A stretch of DNA of 52,335 nucleotides, counting the filler, from Stramenopiles sp. TOSAG23-2 (Eukaryota): the NCBI GenBank assembly GCA_900128395.1. It is 3 parts of 3 records of this genome, joined end to end, with 100 filler letters (N's around TTAATTAATTAA, not from the genome) between each part and the next. Parts side by side here need not be neighbours in the genome. Positions count along the whole stretch, not along the records: positions 35,006 to 52,335 come from LT649649.1; 2 more parts are not named here. One strand, given 5' to 3'. Under the pieces are notes generated by a model. The model saw only the letters and a program-made list of their open reading frames with translations. It was not told the DNA's origin and ran no database searches. This document shows positions 51,887 to 52,335 of this stretch, piece by piece. The position numbers and the translations under genes are program-made. The number at the start of each line of letters is the position of its first letter. Within the stretch, counting starts at the first letter, position 1.

Positions 51887-52335
51887 CGTCAGGTGTTAAC
51901 CGGCCGATTTGCTCTGTCGAAAAAAAAGCAATTTTTAGGCAAACGTGTGCCCATGTTAGAATTCCCTGATAGCATAATTAGATTAATAAAAGTACGAGTT
52001 ATTCAAATTTGTTTGACAACGGTGTATTTTCTAGCATTATATACCATTAAATAAGTAGGGGGTCTTACATATAGGTATTATAAATATGTCATTATTAATA
52101 AAATATACAAATTAAAACGTTTATATATAGAAATATATTTGTATAAATTATATACACTAACGTGGGGGGGGAGAGGGGTCTCACGTCGTCTCACGTCGTC
52201 CAAATTTATGATAGGCTCAAACAGTAGTGTTGTTGATTCAAGTATAAAATAATTTGTCTAAAATCAGAAAAAAAGTTGTGGACACAAATTCAAATTCAAA
52301 TTTACATAACACCAATCACCAATATCACTTATTAC

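Noticed and set aside
341-52054. Numerous short ORFs antisense to or overlapping long genes (for example 662-997, 3838-4365, 26182-26607, 46003-46707, 47831-48454)
   Set aside because: They are shadow frames of real genes or products of (AAT)n/(TA)n repeats giving poly-Leu/Ile/Tyr, with no family motifs.

Overview
Very AT-rich, gene-dense, intron-poor eukaryotic nuclear DNA from a protist. A heterotrophic stramenopile-like organism is plausible but is inference only. Many proteins carry poly-Asn (AAT)n runs and the short spacers carry (TA)n/(CA)n microsatellites. The window is not one locus: two artificial spacers (44 N + TTAATTAATTAA + 44 N at 17416-17515 and 34906-35005) join three pieces. 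Piece 1 (1-17415): DNA polymerase eta, two hypotheticals, two secreted Cys-rich proteins, MANF/ARMET, a 5'-truncated SPFH-like gene and a secretory PDZ-PA-PA-J protein. Piece 2 (17516-34905): AcuI/YhdH-type reductase, ZIP transporter, NAA60-like GNAT, DEP-RasGEF, then a block of CoA-transferase III, carotenoid oxygenase, Baeyer-Villiger monooxygenase and an amidase fragment. Once introns and the small gap are resolved, four enzymes of piece 2 end in PTS1 or PTS1-like tripeptides (SKL, SLL, AKL, SRL), suggesting a clustered peroxisomal catabolic module; this is the best candidate for an undescribed system. Piece 3 (35006-52335): CYTH-like/YjjX fusion, a MORN mosaic protein, a palindrome-rich putative MITE, a DHX57-like helicase, an unknown protein, an ATP-grasp ligase and cystathionine gamma-lyase. 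Six short tandem duplications look like assembly or haplotype artefacts, and one cuts the PIP box off pol eta. No rRNA, tRNA or CRISPR array was recognised. All family calls come from motif recognition by eye, without database searches.
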